Shown here in pieces: positions 8,874-19,861 of a DNA stretch of 32,434 bases. Below the pieces are notes generated by a model that saw nothing but the letters and a program-made list of their open reading frames with translations, was not told the DNA's origin and ran no database searches. A program made the position numbers and the translations under genes. Positions within the stretch are counted from its first letter, which is position 1. Each line of letters opens with the position of its first letter. Source of the DNA: a virus (taxonomy: Duplodnaviria > Caudoviricetes); IMG/VR virus record IMGVR_UViG_3300017903_000046, positions 1 to 32,434 of that record. One strand, written 5' to 3'.

Positions 8874-11341
8874 TGGCAAGAGTACATCCATTTCAAACAA
8901 ACTTTACATCTGGAGAAATCTCACCAAAATTATTTGGTCAAGTAGATTTTAAAAAATATAATAATGCAGTTGAAACTATGGAAAATATGGTTGTATTTCC
9001 ACAAGGAGGTGCAAAAAGAAGATATGGCTCACGATTTGTATGTGAGGTAAAAAACTCAGCAAATGCTACACGATTGATACCTTTTGAGTTTAATATTGAA
9101 CAAGCATATATGTTAGAGTTTGGAGATCAATATATACGATTTTATAAAGATAATGGACAAATAACAGAAGCAACTAAAGCTATATCAGCAATTACAAAAG
9201 CAAATCCTGCAGTAGTTACAACAGCAACACATGGATATTCTAATGGAGATCATGTGTGGATAAATGATGTAGGAGGTATGACAGAATTAAATGGTAGAAG
9301 ATTTACAATAGCAAATGTTACATCAACTACATTTGAGTTATCTGGAGTAGATTCTAGTAATTACACAACTTATACTTCTGGTGGTACAGCAGCTAAAGTA
9401 TATGAAATAGCAACAGAATACACATCAGCACAGTTATCTGAACTACAATTTGCACAATCAGCAGATGTTATGTATATAGTACATCCTTCACATGAACCAA
9501 CTAAATTAACAAGAACAGGTCATACAAGTTGGAGTATAACAGATGTTGATTTTGAAAAAGGACCATATTTAGATGCAAATACATCAACAACTACAATTAC
9601 TTTATCAGCACATACAGTTGGTACAGGTAGAACAATGACAGCATCAGCAACAACAGGCATTAATGCTGATGATGGATTTCAAACAACTGATATAGGAAGA
9701 TTAGTAAAATATAGAACAGGACATTTAAAAATAACAGGATATACAAGCACTACAGTAGTAGAAGTTGAAGTATTAGTAGATGCAGGGTCATCATCTGCGT
9801 CTACAGATTGGTCATTAGGTGCATATTCTAATACAACAGGATTTCCAAGAGCAGTTAGTTTTTTTGAACAACGATTAATATATGGTGGAAGTACAAGTTA
9901 TCCTCAAACTATATGGGGATCACAATCTGGATTATATGATAATTTTGATGAAGGTGATGCAGAAGCAGCAGATGCATTTATATATACTATTGCAGCAAAC
10001 AAAGTAAATGCTATAAGATGGTTAGCACCTTCTAAGGATTTAATTGTAGGTACAGCAGGATCAGAGTTTAAAGTAGGTAGACCAACAGGTGAGCCATTAA
10101 AACCAGATAATATTAATATTGCACAACAAACAACATATGGTGTATATCCTGCAAGACCAATACAGATTGGTAATGTTATTTTATTTATACAAAGACAACA
10201 AAAGAAAATTAGAGAGTTTTATTATAAGTTTGAAGATGATGCTTATTCTGCACCAGATATGACTATTTTATCAGAGCATATAACAGGTACAGGTATTACT
10301 GAAGTTGATTTTGCACAAGAACCAGATTCTATTTATTGGGCAATACGAAATGATGGCACATTGTTAGGTATGACATATCAAAGAGAAGAAAATGTAGTAG
10401 CATGGCATAGACATATATTTGGTGGTGCAATTAAATTTACATTTAATGGAGCTAGTGCAGTTACTGATTTTAGTTCAGATTCAAACTACAATGGGTATAT
10501 AACAATAAGTTCACATGGATTTAATACAGGAGATAAGGTTACTTATAATACAGGTGGTGGTACAACAATAGATAATCTTGAAGATGGTAAAGAATATTTT
10601 GTATATGCAAGAGATGCTAACACAATAGAATTAGCTAAAACATATGACCAAGCTATAGATAGAACTGTTATACAAATAACATCTGGTTCTGGAACAAGTC
10701 ATAGTATAAGTAGTATAGCTAAAGCTATGAGTGTAGCAAGTATTCCAGAAGGTGGTGAAGATCAAATATGGTGTATTGTAAAAAGAAGAATAAATGGAAG
10801 TATAGTTCAATATGTAGAATATTTAGATACTAGTATAAATATGGATTCTACACTTTCTGGCACAGTAAATGCTGATTCTACAACATTAACATCATTAGAT
10901 CATTTAGAAGGAGAGAGTGTGGTTATATTGATAGGAGATGCAGTATATCCAACACAAACAGTTACAAATGGTGCAGTAAGTATAAGTTTACCAAGTAACA
11001 CATCTACTAAAAGTGTAGAGGTAGGATTTAGTTATACATCTACATTAAAGACTTTAAAACCAGAGTTTGGAGGTCAAGCAGGTACTTCACAAAATAGAAA
11101 AAAAAGATATAATGAAGTTATGGTAAGATTTCTTAATACAGTAGGTGCAACAATAAATGATGACCAATTACCATTTAGATCATCTGCAACACCTATGGGT
11201 CAGAATATACCAGAGTTTACAGGAGATAAACGAGTAACAAATTTAGGATGGGATAGAGATGGACAGATTACTGTTAAACAAACTCAACCCTTACCTATGA
11301 CAATATTAGGAATAACAGGAACACTTTTAACTGTGGATTAA
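8873..11341 (+). CDS. Tail tubular protein B (nozzle; T7 gp12-like)
   Basis: FTSGEISP, GGAKRRYG, AQSADV, FFEQRL, AWHRH, LDHLEG and PLPMTIL motifs. Confidence 0.88.
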   Translation: MARVHPFQTNFTSGEISPKLFGQVDFKKYNNAVETMENMVVFPQGGAKRRYGSRFVCEVKNSANATRLIPFEFNIEQAYMLEFGDQYIRFYKDNGQITEATKAISAITKANPAVVTTATHGYSNGDHVWINDVGGMTELNGRRFTIANVTSTTFELSGVDSSNYTTYTSGGTAAKVYEIATEYTSAQLSELQFAQSADVMYIVHPSHEPTKLTRTGHTSWSITDVDFEKGPYLDANTSTTTITLSAHTVGTGRTMTASATTGINADDGFQTTDIGRLVKYRTGHLKITGYTSTTVVEVEVLVDAGSSSASTDWSLGAYSNTTGFPRAVSFFEQRLIYGGSTSYPQTIWGSQSGLYDNFDEGDAEAADAFIYTIAANKVNAIRWLAPSKDLIVGTAGSEFKVGRPTGEPLKPDNINIAQQTTYGVYPARPIQIGNVILFIQRQQKKIREFYYKFEDDAYSAPDMTILSEHITGTGITEVDFAQEPDSIYWAIRNDGTLLGMTYQREENVVAWHRHIFGGAIKFTFNGASAVTDFSSDSNYNGYITISSHGFNTGDKVTYNTGGGTTIDNLEDGKEYFVYARDANTIELAKTYDQAIDRTVIQITSGSGTSHSISSIAKAMSVASIPEGGEDQIWCIVKRRINGSIVQYVEYLDTSINMDSTLSGTVNADSTTLTSLDHLEGESVVILIGDAVYPTQTVTNGAVSISLPSNTSTKSVEVGFSYTSTLKTLKPEFGGQAGTSQNRKKRYNEVMVRFLNTVGATINDDQLPFRSSATPMGQNIPEFTGDKRVTNLGWDRDGQITVKQTQPLPMTILGITGTLLTVD

Positions 11342-11344
11342 ATT

Positions 11345-11848
11345 ATGATAGGAGCAGCTTTAGTACCATTTGCAGCAACACCATTAGCAGCACCAACTAT
11401 TTTTACATTTGCTAATATAGCAACAGCATTTACTATCGGTTCTACAATATTAGGAACTTTAGCTCAAGTTCAACAATCAAGAAGAAATGCAGAAAATTTA
11501 AGAACTGCATCTTTATGGGATAAACAAAGAAAAGATATGCAAAGAAAACAAGAAATTGTTAGAGCAAATAATGCAGCTAGAAAATTAATGTCTGAAAAAA
11601 GAGCTTCTGTAGGTGCAAGAGGAGCAAAATTAGCAACAGGAAGTACATTATTAGATACACAAAATGTTTTAGACGAATTAGCAGATGCACAATATTGGAT
11701 AGAAAAAAATTATACATCTAGTTTGATGGCAACAGATGCAGAATTAGCAGCATCATTACATAAAGAGAGTTATGCACAAACATCTAGTGTTATAGGTGGT
11801 GTGGCTAATATAGGGTTGCAAAGTTATCTAGCAACAAGGACAGCATAA
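11345..11848 (+). CDS. Internal virion (ejection) protein, gp14-like
   Basis: Hydrophobic N-terminus, Ala/Gln-rich helix and GA...TGS motif, positioned after the nozzle gene. Confidence 0.65.
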   Translation: MIGAALVPFAATPLAAPTIFTFANIATAFTIGSTILGTLAQVQQSRRNAENLRTASLWDKQRKDMQRKQEIVRANNAARKLMSEKRASVGARGAKLATGSTLLDTQNVLDELADAQYWIEKNYTSSLMATDAELAASLHKESYAQTSSVIGGVANIGLQSYLATRTA

Positions 11849-13572
11849 TGGCAATAAGAATTAGACCTGCAAGAGGAGAGATACCTTCACCTAGATTTAC
11901 TCAAGATAGAAGTATGTTAAGGTTTGCACAATTTGCTAGAGCAGATGGAACAGGTATAGCTAAAACATTAACAGATGTAGCAGGAGTTGTAGCTAATCAT
12001 GAAGTAAAAATGGATGCTCAAAGAATAAAAAATAAATTAGCATTAAACGAAGCAAAATTAAGTCAAAGATTAATTGAAAGAACACAAGAACTAAAAGAAA
12101 CAGATATTGATATATCTAATCCATTTGAAATAAATAAATTAAAAATGGAAGAAGAAAAGTATATAGATAGTTGGGTAAAAAGTACATTTGCAAATGATGA
12201 AAAAGCATTTAAACAATTTGAACCATTAAAGTTTAATTATTTATCTAACTTTAGTTCTAATTTATATGTATTAAAAAATAAAAAAATATTAGATGATGCT
12301 GTTTATTCTCATTCAGTAAACAAACAAAAGCTAAATGCAAATATTGATACCATGCCTATAAATAGCAATGTATGGAATAAAAGAACAGAATTTTTTAGAG
12401 ATTTAAGAACAACAGCAGAATCAGCAAACCAAGCAAGTCCAAGTGGTGTAGCTATAGATTCAGCAGCAGAAGAAGATGCATTTAATAAAAGAATATGGGA
12501 AAGAGTTGTTATTGAAGGTAATTTAGTACCAAGCTATAGACCAAATGAAACTATAATTAATTATGATGAAATATTAAAAGGATTAAACAATCCTACTAAA
12601 ACAGAATATTTTGGAGAAGAATTACCATCAGATATAAGAAAACATTTAAAAGATTGGGCAAAAAAAGGTAGAAAAGATCAAGAACAAGATAGGGTCTATT
12701 ATGAAAATAGAATAAACGAAGCATCTGGTGCAAAAGCATTAGACATTATTGATCAAGCAAGAAAAGGGGAGATGTCATTACCAGAAGCACAAAAACAATT
12801 TGAACAAATAAAATTTACAGGTGTAAGTGGTAAAAAATCACAAAGTTCATTACAAGAACATATTGTTAATTTAAGTGTTGCAGGAACTAATACAGTTGAA
12901 AATTTAGTTAATTCAAAATATATTCAAGAACAAATAGCACTTGGAAATATTACTAGTTTAACAGAAGACCAAATAACAGAATCAACATTATTAGAAAGAT
13001 ATAATACATTAACAGGTAAAAATGAGAAAGCAGTATCATTAGTAGAATTAGCTCAAGAAAATATTTTAAAAAAAGAAGATATATATAGTAATGGTTTTAT
13101 AAATAAAATGATTGCAAATTTTGCTGACCCTCAAAGAAAAGCAGATTTTAAAGCATTAGAAGATTGGATAAAATCCCAAGAAAAACTTATTACAGCTAGT
13201 AATCAAAATCCTTTAGGTAATATAAAAGCTGAATTAAGATTTAATGATTTTGCAATAGATATGCGAGAAAGATTTATGAAAGGATATAATAATAATATTC
13301 CTATGAGAGAATTGTTAGATTCAAGAAGTAAAAATTTTATATGGAATGATAGAACAGTAACAACAGATCAAGGTGGTTATGTGCCATCACAAGGTGATGT
13401 TATTAAAGAATCAATTAGTACAGGTACAGGAAAACCTTTACCAACAGCTTCACAAGAAATTATAGAATTAGAAAATAAAATAAAACAGTTTATACAAGAT
13501 GGTATGCCTAGAAAAGAGTATATGAAAACTGATGAATATCAAAAACTTCAAAGATTAAAAGAAAAACGATGA
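11848..13572 (+). CDS. Probable internal virion protein, gp15 position
   Basis: 574 aa helical protein; called from synteny only. Confidence 0.55.
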   Translation: MAIRIRPARGEIPSPRFTQDRSMLRFAQFARADGTGIAKTLTDVAGVVANHEVKMDAQRIKNKLALNEAKLSQRLIERTQELKETDIDISNPFEINKLKMEEEKYIDSWVKSTFANDEKAFKQFEPLKFNYLSNFSSNLYVLKNKKILDDAVYSHSVNKQKLNANIDTMPINSNVWNKRTEFFRDLRTTAESANQASPSGVAIDSAAEEDAFNKRIWERVVIEGNLVPSYRPNETIINYDEILKGLNNPTKTEYFGEELPSDIRKHLKDWAKKGRKDQEQDRVYYENRINEASGAKALDIIDQARKGEMSLPEAQKQFEQIKFTGVSGKKSQSSLQEHIVNLSVAGTNTVENLVNSKYIQEQIALGNITSLTEDQITESTLLERYNTLTGKNEKAVSLVELAQENILKKEDIYSNGFINKMIANFADPQRKADFKALEDWIKSQEKLITASNQNPLGNIKAELRFNDFAIDMRERFMKGYNNNIPMRELLDSRSKNFIWNDRTVTTDQGGYVPSQGDVIKESISTGTGKPLPTASQEIIELENKIKQFIQDGMPRKEYMKTDEYQKLQRLKEKR

Positions 13573-16500
13573 CTTCTTTACTTGAAGAATTAAATGAAAT
13601 GAAATCTTTTGGACATACTCCATTAGAAATAGAGGATTATAAAAATAGTCAAATTGAAGAAATGAAGTCTTTTGGTATGTCAGATGAAGATATATATAAA
13701 GAATTAAATGCAGTACATCCAAATACTTACAACAACGATACAGTTGTAAAAGAACAAAACAAATCATTTTGGCAAAATGTTAAAGAAAAAGCAGGTGAAG
13801 TAAAAGAAAGAGCTATTGGTGAAGATTTTGATATAAGTATGAAAAGAGCATTAGGAGCATCTTTATATAATATAGGATTACAACAAGCAGATAAAGGTAT
13901 TCCTTTAGAAGAAGCATTTGAAGTAGACGAAGATAGAGGGTTTTTAGAACAGGGTATAGAATCAATAATTACACTTGGTGCTGATTTACCTTTTTATGGT
14001 GCATCAATATTAGGTGGAACAGCATTAGCAGGACCTGCAGGAGGAGTAGCAGGTTTAGCTTTACCACCTACTATTAGAAGTATATTTATGGATCAATTAG
14101 CAGAAGCTAGAGTGCAAAACTTTTCACAGTTTTGGAATGGGTGGATGCAAGAAGCATTACCAGAACAACTAAGAGATAATCCAAATGTTTTAGGGTTGTT
14201 GTCTGGAAGTAAAGCTATAGGTAAGGGATTAACAGAAGCAGCATTATTAAAAGGTACAGAAAAAGCAACTAAAATATTAGATGTAATGAATATACCTAAA
14301 AACTATTGGACAAAGTTTGCAGCAAGGTGGAATGTATTTACAGGTCTAGGAGCAGCATTAGAACAACATATGCCAACTTTAGATGATTATTTATCTAATG
14401 CAGTAATATTTAAAACACTTGGTATGGGTGAAAGTGCTGTAACTATGATGAAAAATAGAACTAAGAAAACATTAAAGAATCCAAATGAAGTAACAAAAGA
14501 AATTTTGGATGATGATATTATGAGAGCAGAAGCTATTAGTTTAAGTCATAAAACATTTACAAGAGAAAAGCAAATAGACCAAACACAGATAACAGATTTA
14601 AAATCTAAATTAACAGAAATAAAAAAAGATAAAGATTTTTTAAATAATCCACAAGGTAATAAAGAAAGATTAAAAGAATATCAAGATATTAAAAAACAAC
14701 TAAACGATTTAGCTGAACCATTTGAACCTGCACAAATAGAAAGAACAACAGAAGTTGTTAAGGATTTAAGTGCTGCCCAAAAAAAATTAAGGTTACAAAT
14801 GAGTCCAGATAAAATAAAAAGACAAGAAGTTGATGCAGACCCATTAAGAAGTAGATTACAAGATTGGTCAGATAAACTACATCCTATACTTACAGTTGCT
14901 AATACAGGTAAAAAAATAGGTATTAAAGAAGCAGAAAATATATACGAAAGATTTAGAATACAACCTGGAATGATAGGTAGAGCTGAACATATGATACGAT
15001 ACGAAACCTTAGATTTTAATTCTTTAAAAGGTAATGGTAAAGGTCTTATGCAAATACTTGAACCTGTAATTAAAAATGAAAAAAATTATTTAGATTTTAA
15101 AGATTATGCAATATCAAGAAGGGTTATAGAAAAAGAAGGTCAAGATAAAAAAACAGGATTTGATTTAGATGCAGCAAAAACAATAGTTAGACAATTTGAT
15201 GGTAAATATAAAAAAGTGTTTGAAGAATATTCTCAATATAACCAAAGATTATTTGAGTATATGAAAGAAAGTGGATATATAAGTAAAGAATTTTATCAAA
15301 AAGCATTAGAGCTTAATAAAGATTATGTACCATTTTACAGAGAGTTAGACCCTGCAACAACTACTAAAACAGGTGGTACAGGTGTAAGTGGTGTAAAAAA
15401 TTTAATGAAAGAGTTTAAAGGTAGTGAAAAAAGAGTTCTTGATCCTGTAGAGTCAACATATTTAAATACATATTATTTTGTACAATTAGCTGAAAAAAAT
15501 TATGTAAGAAGAGATTTAATTGATGTTGTATTAGATGCACAAAAAAAACATGGAACTAAATTAAAAAAATTAGATGATGATATAGCAAGGTTTGAAAAAG
15601 CAAAAGAAACAGAAAGAGATTCTGCTCGTATTGAAAGGATAAATCAAGCAATAGATGTTGCTATAGCTAAAAAGAATGAATTAAATACAGCATTTGAGTA
15701 TGACAAAATTGAAAATATAAAATTAGCAGAAACACGAACTACAAAAGTACAGCTTAGTAAAAAAGAATTAGAAAAATTAGATGTAAAAGATATAGATGCA
15801 GCACTAGAAAAAGGTGCAAGTATATTTAGAAAACAAAGAGCAGAATTAAAAGATACAGAAATGCCTGTATATAGAGATGGTAAATTAGAAGTATATGAAG
15901 TTGGTCCATCATTAGCTAAAGCTGTAAGAGATGTAAATATAGAAAGTTGGGGTATGGTAAAAAAAATGGCAAATATACCTACAAGAACATTAAGAGCAGG
16001 TGCAACATTAGACCCTGCATTTACAGCCAAAAACTTTTTTAGAGGTGAGTTAGCAGCAACAATATTTAGTAAAAACAGATATTTTCCTTTAGTACATGGA
16101 TCATTAGGAGTATTTAGATTATTAAAAGGTAAAAGAAAACAAACTGAATTATATAAAGATTTTGTTAAATCTGGTGCTTTGCAATCATCTTTGGTAAGTT
16201 TTGATAGACAATATATTAGAGAAGGATTTATGAAAGAAGAACTTACTTCAAGAAAAGTTATAAATCAAATAAATCCAAAAAATTATTTAGAACATTTAAG
16301 AGTTGTTAGTGAACTAGCAGAAAGTGCAGCAAGAATAAGTGAATTTAAAATGACACAAAAAAGGTTAAGAAAGACTAGACCAGAACTAACTGAACGACAA
16401 ATTTTAGAACAATCTGGTTTTCAAGCTAGAGAAGTTACTTTAGATTTTCAAAAAATAGGATTACAAATGCAAGGTGTAAATGCAGTTACAGCATTTTATA

Positions 16501-17585
16501 ATGCACGACTAAGAGGTTATGAACAATTAATTAAAGGTGTTGTTAAAAATCCTAAACGAGTAATAGGTACTTTATTAGCATTACAAACATTTCCAAGTGT
16601 TGTATTATGGATTGCTAATAGAGATAGTGAAACTTATAAAAATTTACCACAATATCAAAAAGATAATTTTCATATAATAATTATAAATGAAGGTCAAGAT
16701 AATGAAATTGTATTTAGAATACCAAAACTATGGGAATTAGGATATGTATTTGGTACATTACCAGAAAGAGCATTAACTTGGATGGATAGTAAAGATAAAA
16801 AAGCAGTTGATGAAATTGTTAAAGATGCTGTGTCAAGTCTAGGAAAATTTGGCAGAGGTTTAATTCCTATACCAGAAGCAATTAGAGTGCCTATAGAATT
16901 AACTGCAAATAAAAGTTTTTTTCAAGATAGACCTATTATACCTAGAAGATTAGAAGGTTTATTACCAGAATTACAACAAACACCCTATACATCAGAAGTA
17001 TCTAAATTATTAGGGGATGTATTTAGAAAAATACCTATTTTAAAAGAAGTAAGTAGTCCTTTACAAATTGATTATGCAATTAAAGCATGGACAGGTGGTT
17101 TAGGTGCATATGCATTAGAAGGTATAGATTACATATTAAAAAAAGCAAATGTTACAGAAGAATATAAAAAACCACTTAGTGATGATTTTGTTAAAAATTT
17201 ACAAACTATGCCTTTTATTAAATCATTTGTAGTTAGAAATCCAACAGCAGGTGCAGAGCCATTAGCAAAGTTTTGGGATAAATATAAAGTAATAAAACAA
17301 ATTAGAGATTCATCAGATGAGTTAAGAAGGCAAGGTAAAATACAAGAATCACAAGATATACTTACAGATGAAGCTAGAGCTTTGGGTGGTTTAGATGCAT
17401 ATGCAGAAGCTATTGGTGCATATAATAAATTAATTAGAGGTTTATATTTAATACCTAAAGATAATAAAGATATAACACAAAATGAAATTAGAGATTATAT
17501 AGACAAATTATACGAAGCAATGATATTGCAAGGTAAGGCAGCAAATAAATTAATTAATGAAGTAGAAAAAAACTTAAAAAAGTAA
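13569..17585 (+). CDS. Large internal virion protein, gp16 position, with a C-terminal LPD38-like domain
   Basis: 1338 aa with YVPFYR and FRIPK.WELG..F...PER...ANKSFFQDRPIIP...SPLQIDY.I...TGGLG. Confidence 0.7.
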   Translation: MTSLLEELNEMKSFGHTPLEIEDYKNSQIEEMKSFGMSDEDIYKELNAVHPNTYNNDTVVKEQNKSFWQNVKEKAGEVKERAIGEDFDISMKRALGASLYNIGLQQADKGIPLEEAFEVDEDRGFLEQGIESIITLGADLPFYGASILGGTALAGPAGGVAGLALPPTIRSIFMDQLAEARVQNFSQFWNGWMQEALPEQLRDNPNVLGLLSGSKAIGKGLTEAALLKGTEKATKILDVMNIPKNYWTKFAARWNVFTGLGAALEQHMPTLDDYLSNAVIFKTLGMGESAVTMMKNRTKKTLKNPNEVTKEILDDDIMRAEAISLSHKTFTREKQIDQTQITDLKSKLTEIKKDKDFLNNPQGNKERLKEYQDIKKQLNDLAEPFEPAQIERTTEVVKDLSAAQKKLRLQMSPDKIKRQEVDADPLRSRLQDWSDKLHPILTVANTGKKIGIKEAENIYERFRIQPGMIGRAEHMIRYETLDFNSLKGNGKGLMQILEPVIKNEKNYLDFKDYAISRRVIEKEGQDKKTGFDLDAAKTIVRQFDGKYKKVFEEYSQYNQRLFEYMKESGYISKEFYQKALELNKDYVPFYRELDPATTTKTGGTGVSGVKNLMKEFKGSEKRVLDPVESTYLNTYYFVQLAEKNYVRRDLIDVVLDAQKKHGTKLKKLDDDIARFEKAKETERDSARIERINQAIDVAIAKKNELNTAFEYDKIENIKLAETRTTKVQLSKKELEKLDVKDIDAALEKGASIFRKQRAELKDTEMPVYRDGKLEVYEVGPSLAKAVRDVNIESWGMVKKMANIPTRTLRAGATLDPAFTAKNFFRGELAATIFSKNRYFPLVHGSLGVFRLLKGKRKQTELYKDFVKSGALQSSLVSFDRQYIREGFMKEELTSRKVINQINPKNYLEHLRVVSELAESAARISEFKMTQKRLRKTRPELTERQILEQSGFQAREVTLDFQKIGLQMQGVNAVTAFYNARLRGYEQLIKGVVKNPKRVIGTLLALQTFPSVVLWIANRDSETYKNLPQYQKDNFHIIIINEGQDNEIVFRIPKLWELGYVFGTLPERALTWMDSKDKKAVDEIVKDAVSSLGKFGRGLIPIPEAIRVPIELTANKSFFQDRPIIPRRLEGLLPELQQTPYTSEVSKLLGDVFRKIPILKEVSSPLQIDYAIKAWTGGLGAYALEGIDYILKKANVTEEYKKPLSDDFVKNLQTMPFIKSFVVRNPTAGAEPLAKFWDKYKVIKQIRDSSDELRRQGKIQESQDILTDEARALGGLDAYAEAIGAYNKLIRGLYLIPKDNKDITQNEIRDYIDKLYEAMILQGKAANKLINEVEKNLKK

Positions 17586-17609
17586 TAAAATTATGTTAGG
17601 ATATGTGAA

Positions 17610-18677
17610 ATGACTATTACAACTACAACAATAAAAAACAGTTATTCTGGTGATGGAACTAATGATACATTTGCTTATACTTTTAAAATATCAGCAGATG
17701 CCGATATAGAAGTTATTATTAGGTCAGCAGCAGGTGCAGAAACTGTAAAAACATTAACTACACATTATACTGTAACAGGTGCAGGTGGTGCTAGTGGAGG
17801 TAATGTAGTATTTACAGTAGGAAATATACCTACTGCTACAGAAACAGTTGTATTACGAAGAGCAACAACACAAACACAAACATTAGATTTAGTTGAAAAT
17901 GATCCATTTACTGCTAATAGTGTTGAAGGAGCATTTGATAAAAATTTATCTATAGCACAAGAATTACAAGAACAAGTAGATAGATGTATTAAAATTAGTC
18001 CAACAAATACAATGACTTCTACAGATTTTACTACAAGTGCAACAGATAGAGCAGATAAAATATTAGCATTTGACACAAGTGGTGAAATATCTGTAACACA
18101 AGAATTAGGTACATATAAAGGTAATTGGGCAGCATCTACAACATATGCAGTAAGAGATTTAGTAAAAGATACATCTACTAATAACATTTTTTTATGTAAT
18201 ACAGCACATACATCAAGTGGTTCTGAACCATTAACAAGTAATACAGATAGTGCAAAATGGGATTTAATTGTAGATGCAGCATCAGCATCAACATCAGCAA
18301 GTAATGCAGCAAGTAGTGCAAGTGCAGCAGCTACTAGTGCAACTAATGCAGCTACTAGTGCAACTACTGCAAGTGGTCATGCAACAACTGCTAGTACACA
18401 AGCAACTAATGCATCTAATTCTGCAACAGCAGCAGCTAACTCTGCAGCAGCAGCAGCAGCTAGTGCAGATAGTTTTGATGACACATATTTAGGAGCAAAA
18501 GCAAGTGATCCTACAGTTGATAATGATGGTGATCCACTTAATGCAGGAGATTTATATTTTAATACTACAAGTAATATTATGAGAGTTTATAATGGTTCTG
18601 CATGGAATGATGCAGTTACTGATACTACAGGATTTGCAACAAATGGTTTCTCCATTGCTATGGCGATTGCTTTGTGA
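17610..18677 (+). CDS. Tail fibre, proximal part (T7 gp17 N-terminal-like anchor)
   Basis: YSGDG...FAYTFKI anchor with LRR.T and E.AFDK, an Ala/Ser/Thr coiled segment, GDLYFNT, and a C-terminal GFSIAMAIAL. Confidence 0.8.
   Translation: MTITTTTIKNSYSGDGTNDTFAYTFKISADADIEVIIRSAAGAETVKTLTTHYTVTGAGGASGGNVVFTVGNIPTATETVVLRRATTQTQTLDLVENDPFTANSVEGAFDKNLSIAQELQEQVDRCIKISPTNTMTSTDFTTSATDRADKILAFDTSGEISVTQELGTYKGNWAASTTYAVRDLVKDTSTNNIFLCNTAHTSSGSEPLTSNTDSAKWDLIVDAASASTSASNAASSASAAATSATNAATSATTASGHATTASTQATNASNSATAAANSAAAAAASADSFDDTYLGAKASDPTVDNDGDPLNAGDLYFNTTSNIMRVYNGSAWNDAVTDTTGFATNGFSIAMAIAL
18275..18470 (+). repeat. Degenerate Ala/Ser/Thr heptad-like coding repeat
   Basis: GCAGCTACTAGTGCAACT occurs twice, among GCA runs. 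Confidence 0.7.
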
Positions 18678-18697
18678 TATAAAGGAAAGGTATAATT

Positions 18698-19024
18698 ATG
18701 GCACAAAATTTTAGACGATATACAAGTAATGCAGTTGGAACAGGTGCTGCTACTATATTTACTGCTGATTCTTATGATACAGTTGTAGGTATTAGTTTGG
18801 CTAATGTAACATCAAATGCAATAACAGCATCTTGTTATATTAATGATTCTAGTAACGATATTTATTTAGTTAAAGATGTATCTATACCTGCAGGTTCTGC
18901 TTTACAAGTATTAGATGGTGGAGCAAAGTTTGTAGTACAATCTGGAGATGCATTAAAAGTAATAAGTGATACAGCAAGTTCTGTAGATGTATGGGTAAGT
19001 ACAGTAGATGCAATTAGTTCATAG
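18698..19024 (+). CDS. Tail-fibre-associated small beta protein
   Basis: 108 aa with LANV...YLVKDVSIPAGSAL...K.V.QSGD.LKV; follows the fibre gene. Confidence 0.6.
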   Translation: MAQNFRRYTSNAVGTGAATIFTADSYDTVVGISLANVTSNAITASCYINDSSNDIYLVKDVSIPAGSALQVLDGGAKFVVQSGDALKVISDTASSVDVWVSTVDAISS

Positions 19025-19033
19025 GATAGAGCA

Positions 19034-19861
19034 ATGCCATATGTAGGAGTACAACCATCAACATCATTTCAAACACTAGCCAAACAAGATTTTACTACTA
19101 GTGCGACTACAAGTTATACATTATCTCAAAGTGTTAGTTCAGCTAACGACATAGCTTTATTTATTAACAATGTAAGACAAGAGCCAACCTATGCGTATAG
19201 TGCATCTGGTACTGCATTAACTCTTACAGCTGCAACCACAAGTTCAGACGATATGTACTGTGTATATTTAGGTAAAGCAGTAGGTACAATAAATCCTGCG
19301 AGTGGGAGTGTGGGAACAGGAGAGTTATCAGCTACAGGCACAAAAGACTCTACAACATTTTTACGAGGTGATAATACTTTTGCAGAGCCAAGTTCAGATA
19401 ATTTTTATTCAGAAATGTTACATATTACAGAAGAAGCAGCATATAATACAGCAGGAACTACTGCAAACTCAGCAGGAAATTATTTAAAATTAGGATTAAA
19501 TACAGTAAAACGAAATGCAATTACAAGTGCAACACTTAGTTCATCAGTAATATCATTACCTGCAGGAACATATTATTGTGAGGGTCATGTAACAGCATAT
19601 GATACAAACTATACACAAACAAGATTAAGAGATACTACTAATTCTACAACTGTAGTTTTAGGAAGTGGTGTTAGAGTTGGTAGTAATGAAACAGAAAATA
19701 CACCAATTAGAGGTAGCTTTACTCTTAGTGGAACATCTAATTTAGAATTTCAAGCTATATCAAGTGGCACTTCTACCAATGGGTTTGGTTATCCATCAAC
19801 TACAGGAGATAGTTCAGAGGGTAGTGTATATTCACAATTAATGATTATAAAGGTAGCATAA
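19034..19861 (+). CDS. Tail fibre/receptor-binding module A1
   Basis: MPYVGVQP start, INNVRQEP domain, TFLRGD knot and a C-terminal LPAGTYY beta domain. Confidence 0.65.
   Translation: MPYVGVQPSTSFQTLAKQDFTTSATTSYTLSQSVSSANDIALFINNVRQEPTYAYSASGTALTLTAATTSSDDMYCVYLGKAVGTINPASGSVGTGELSATGTKDSTTFLRGDNTFAEPSSDNFYSEMLHITEEAAYNTAGTTANSAGNYLKLGLNTVKRNAITSATLSSSVISLPAGTYYCEGHVTAYDTNYTQTRLRDTTNSTTVVLGSGVRVGSNETENTPIRGSFTLSGTSNLEFQAISSGTSTNGFGYPSTTGDSSEGSVYSQLMIIKVA

Noticed and set aside
17594-17610. Extended -10 (TGtTAGGAT) giving a leaderless fibre transcript
   Set aside because: The same bases form an AGGA Shine-Dalgarno at normal spacing and no -35 is visible, so it is ambiguous.
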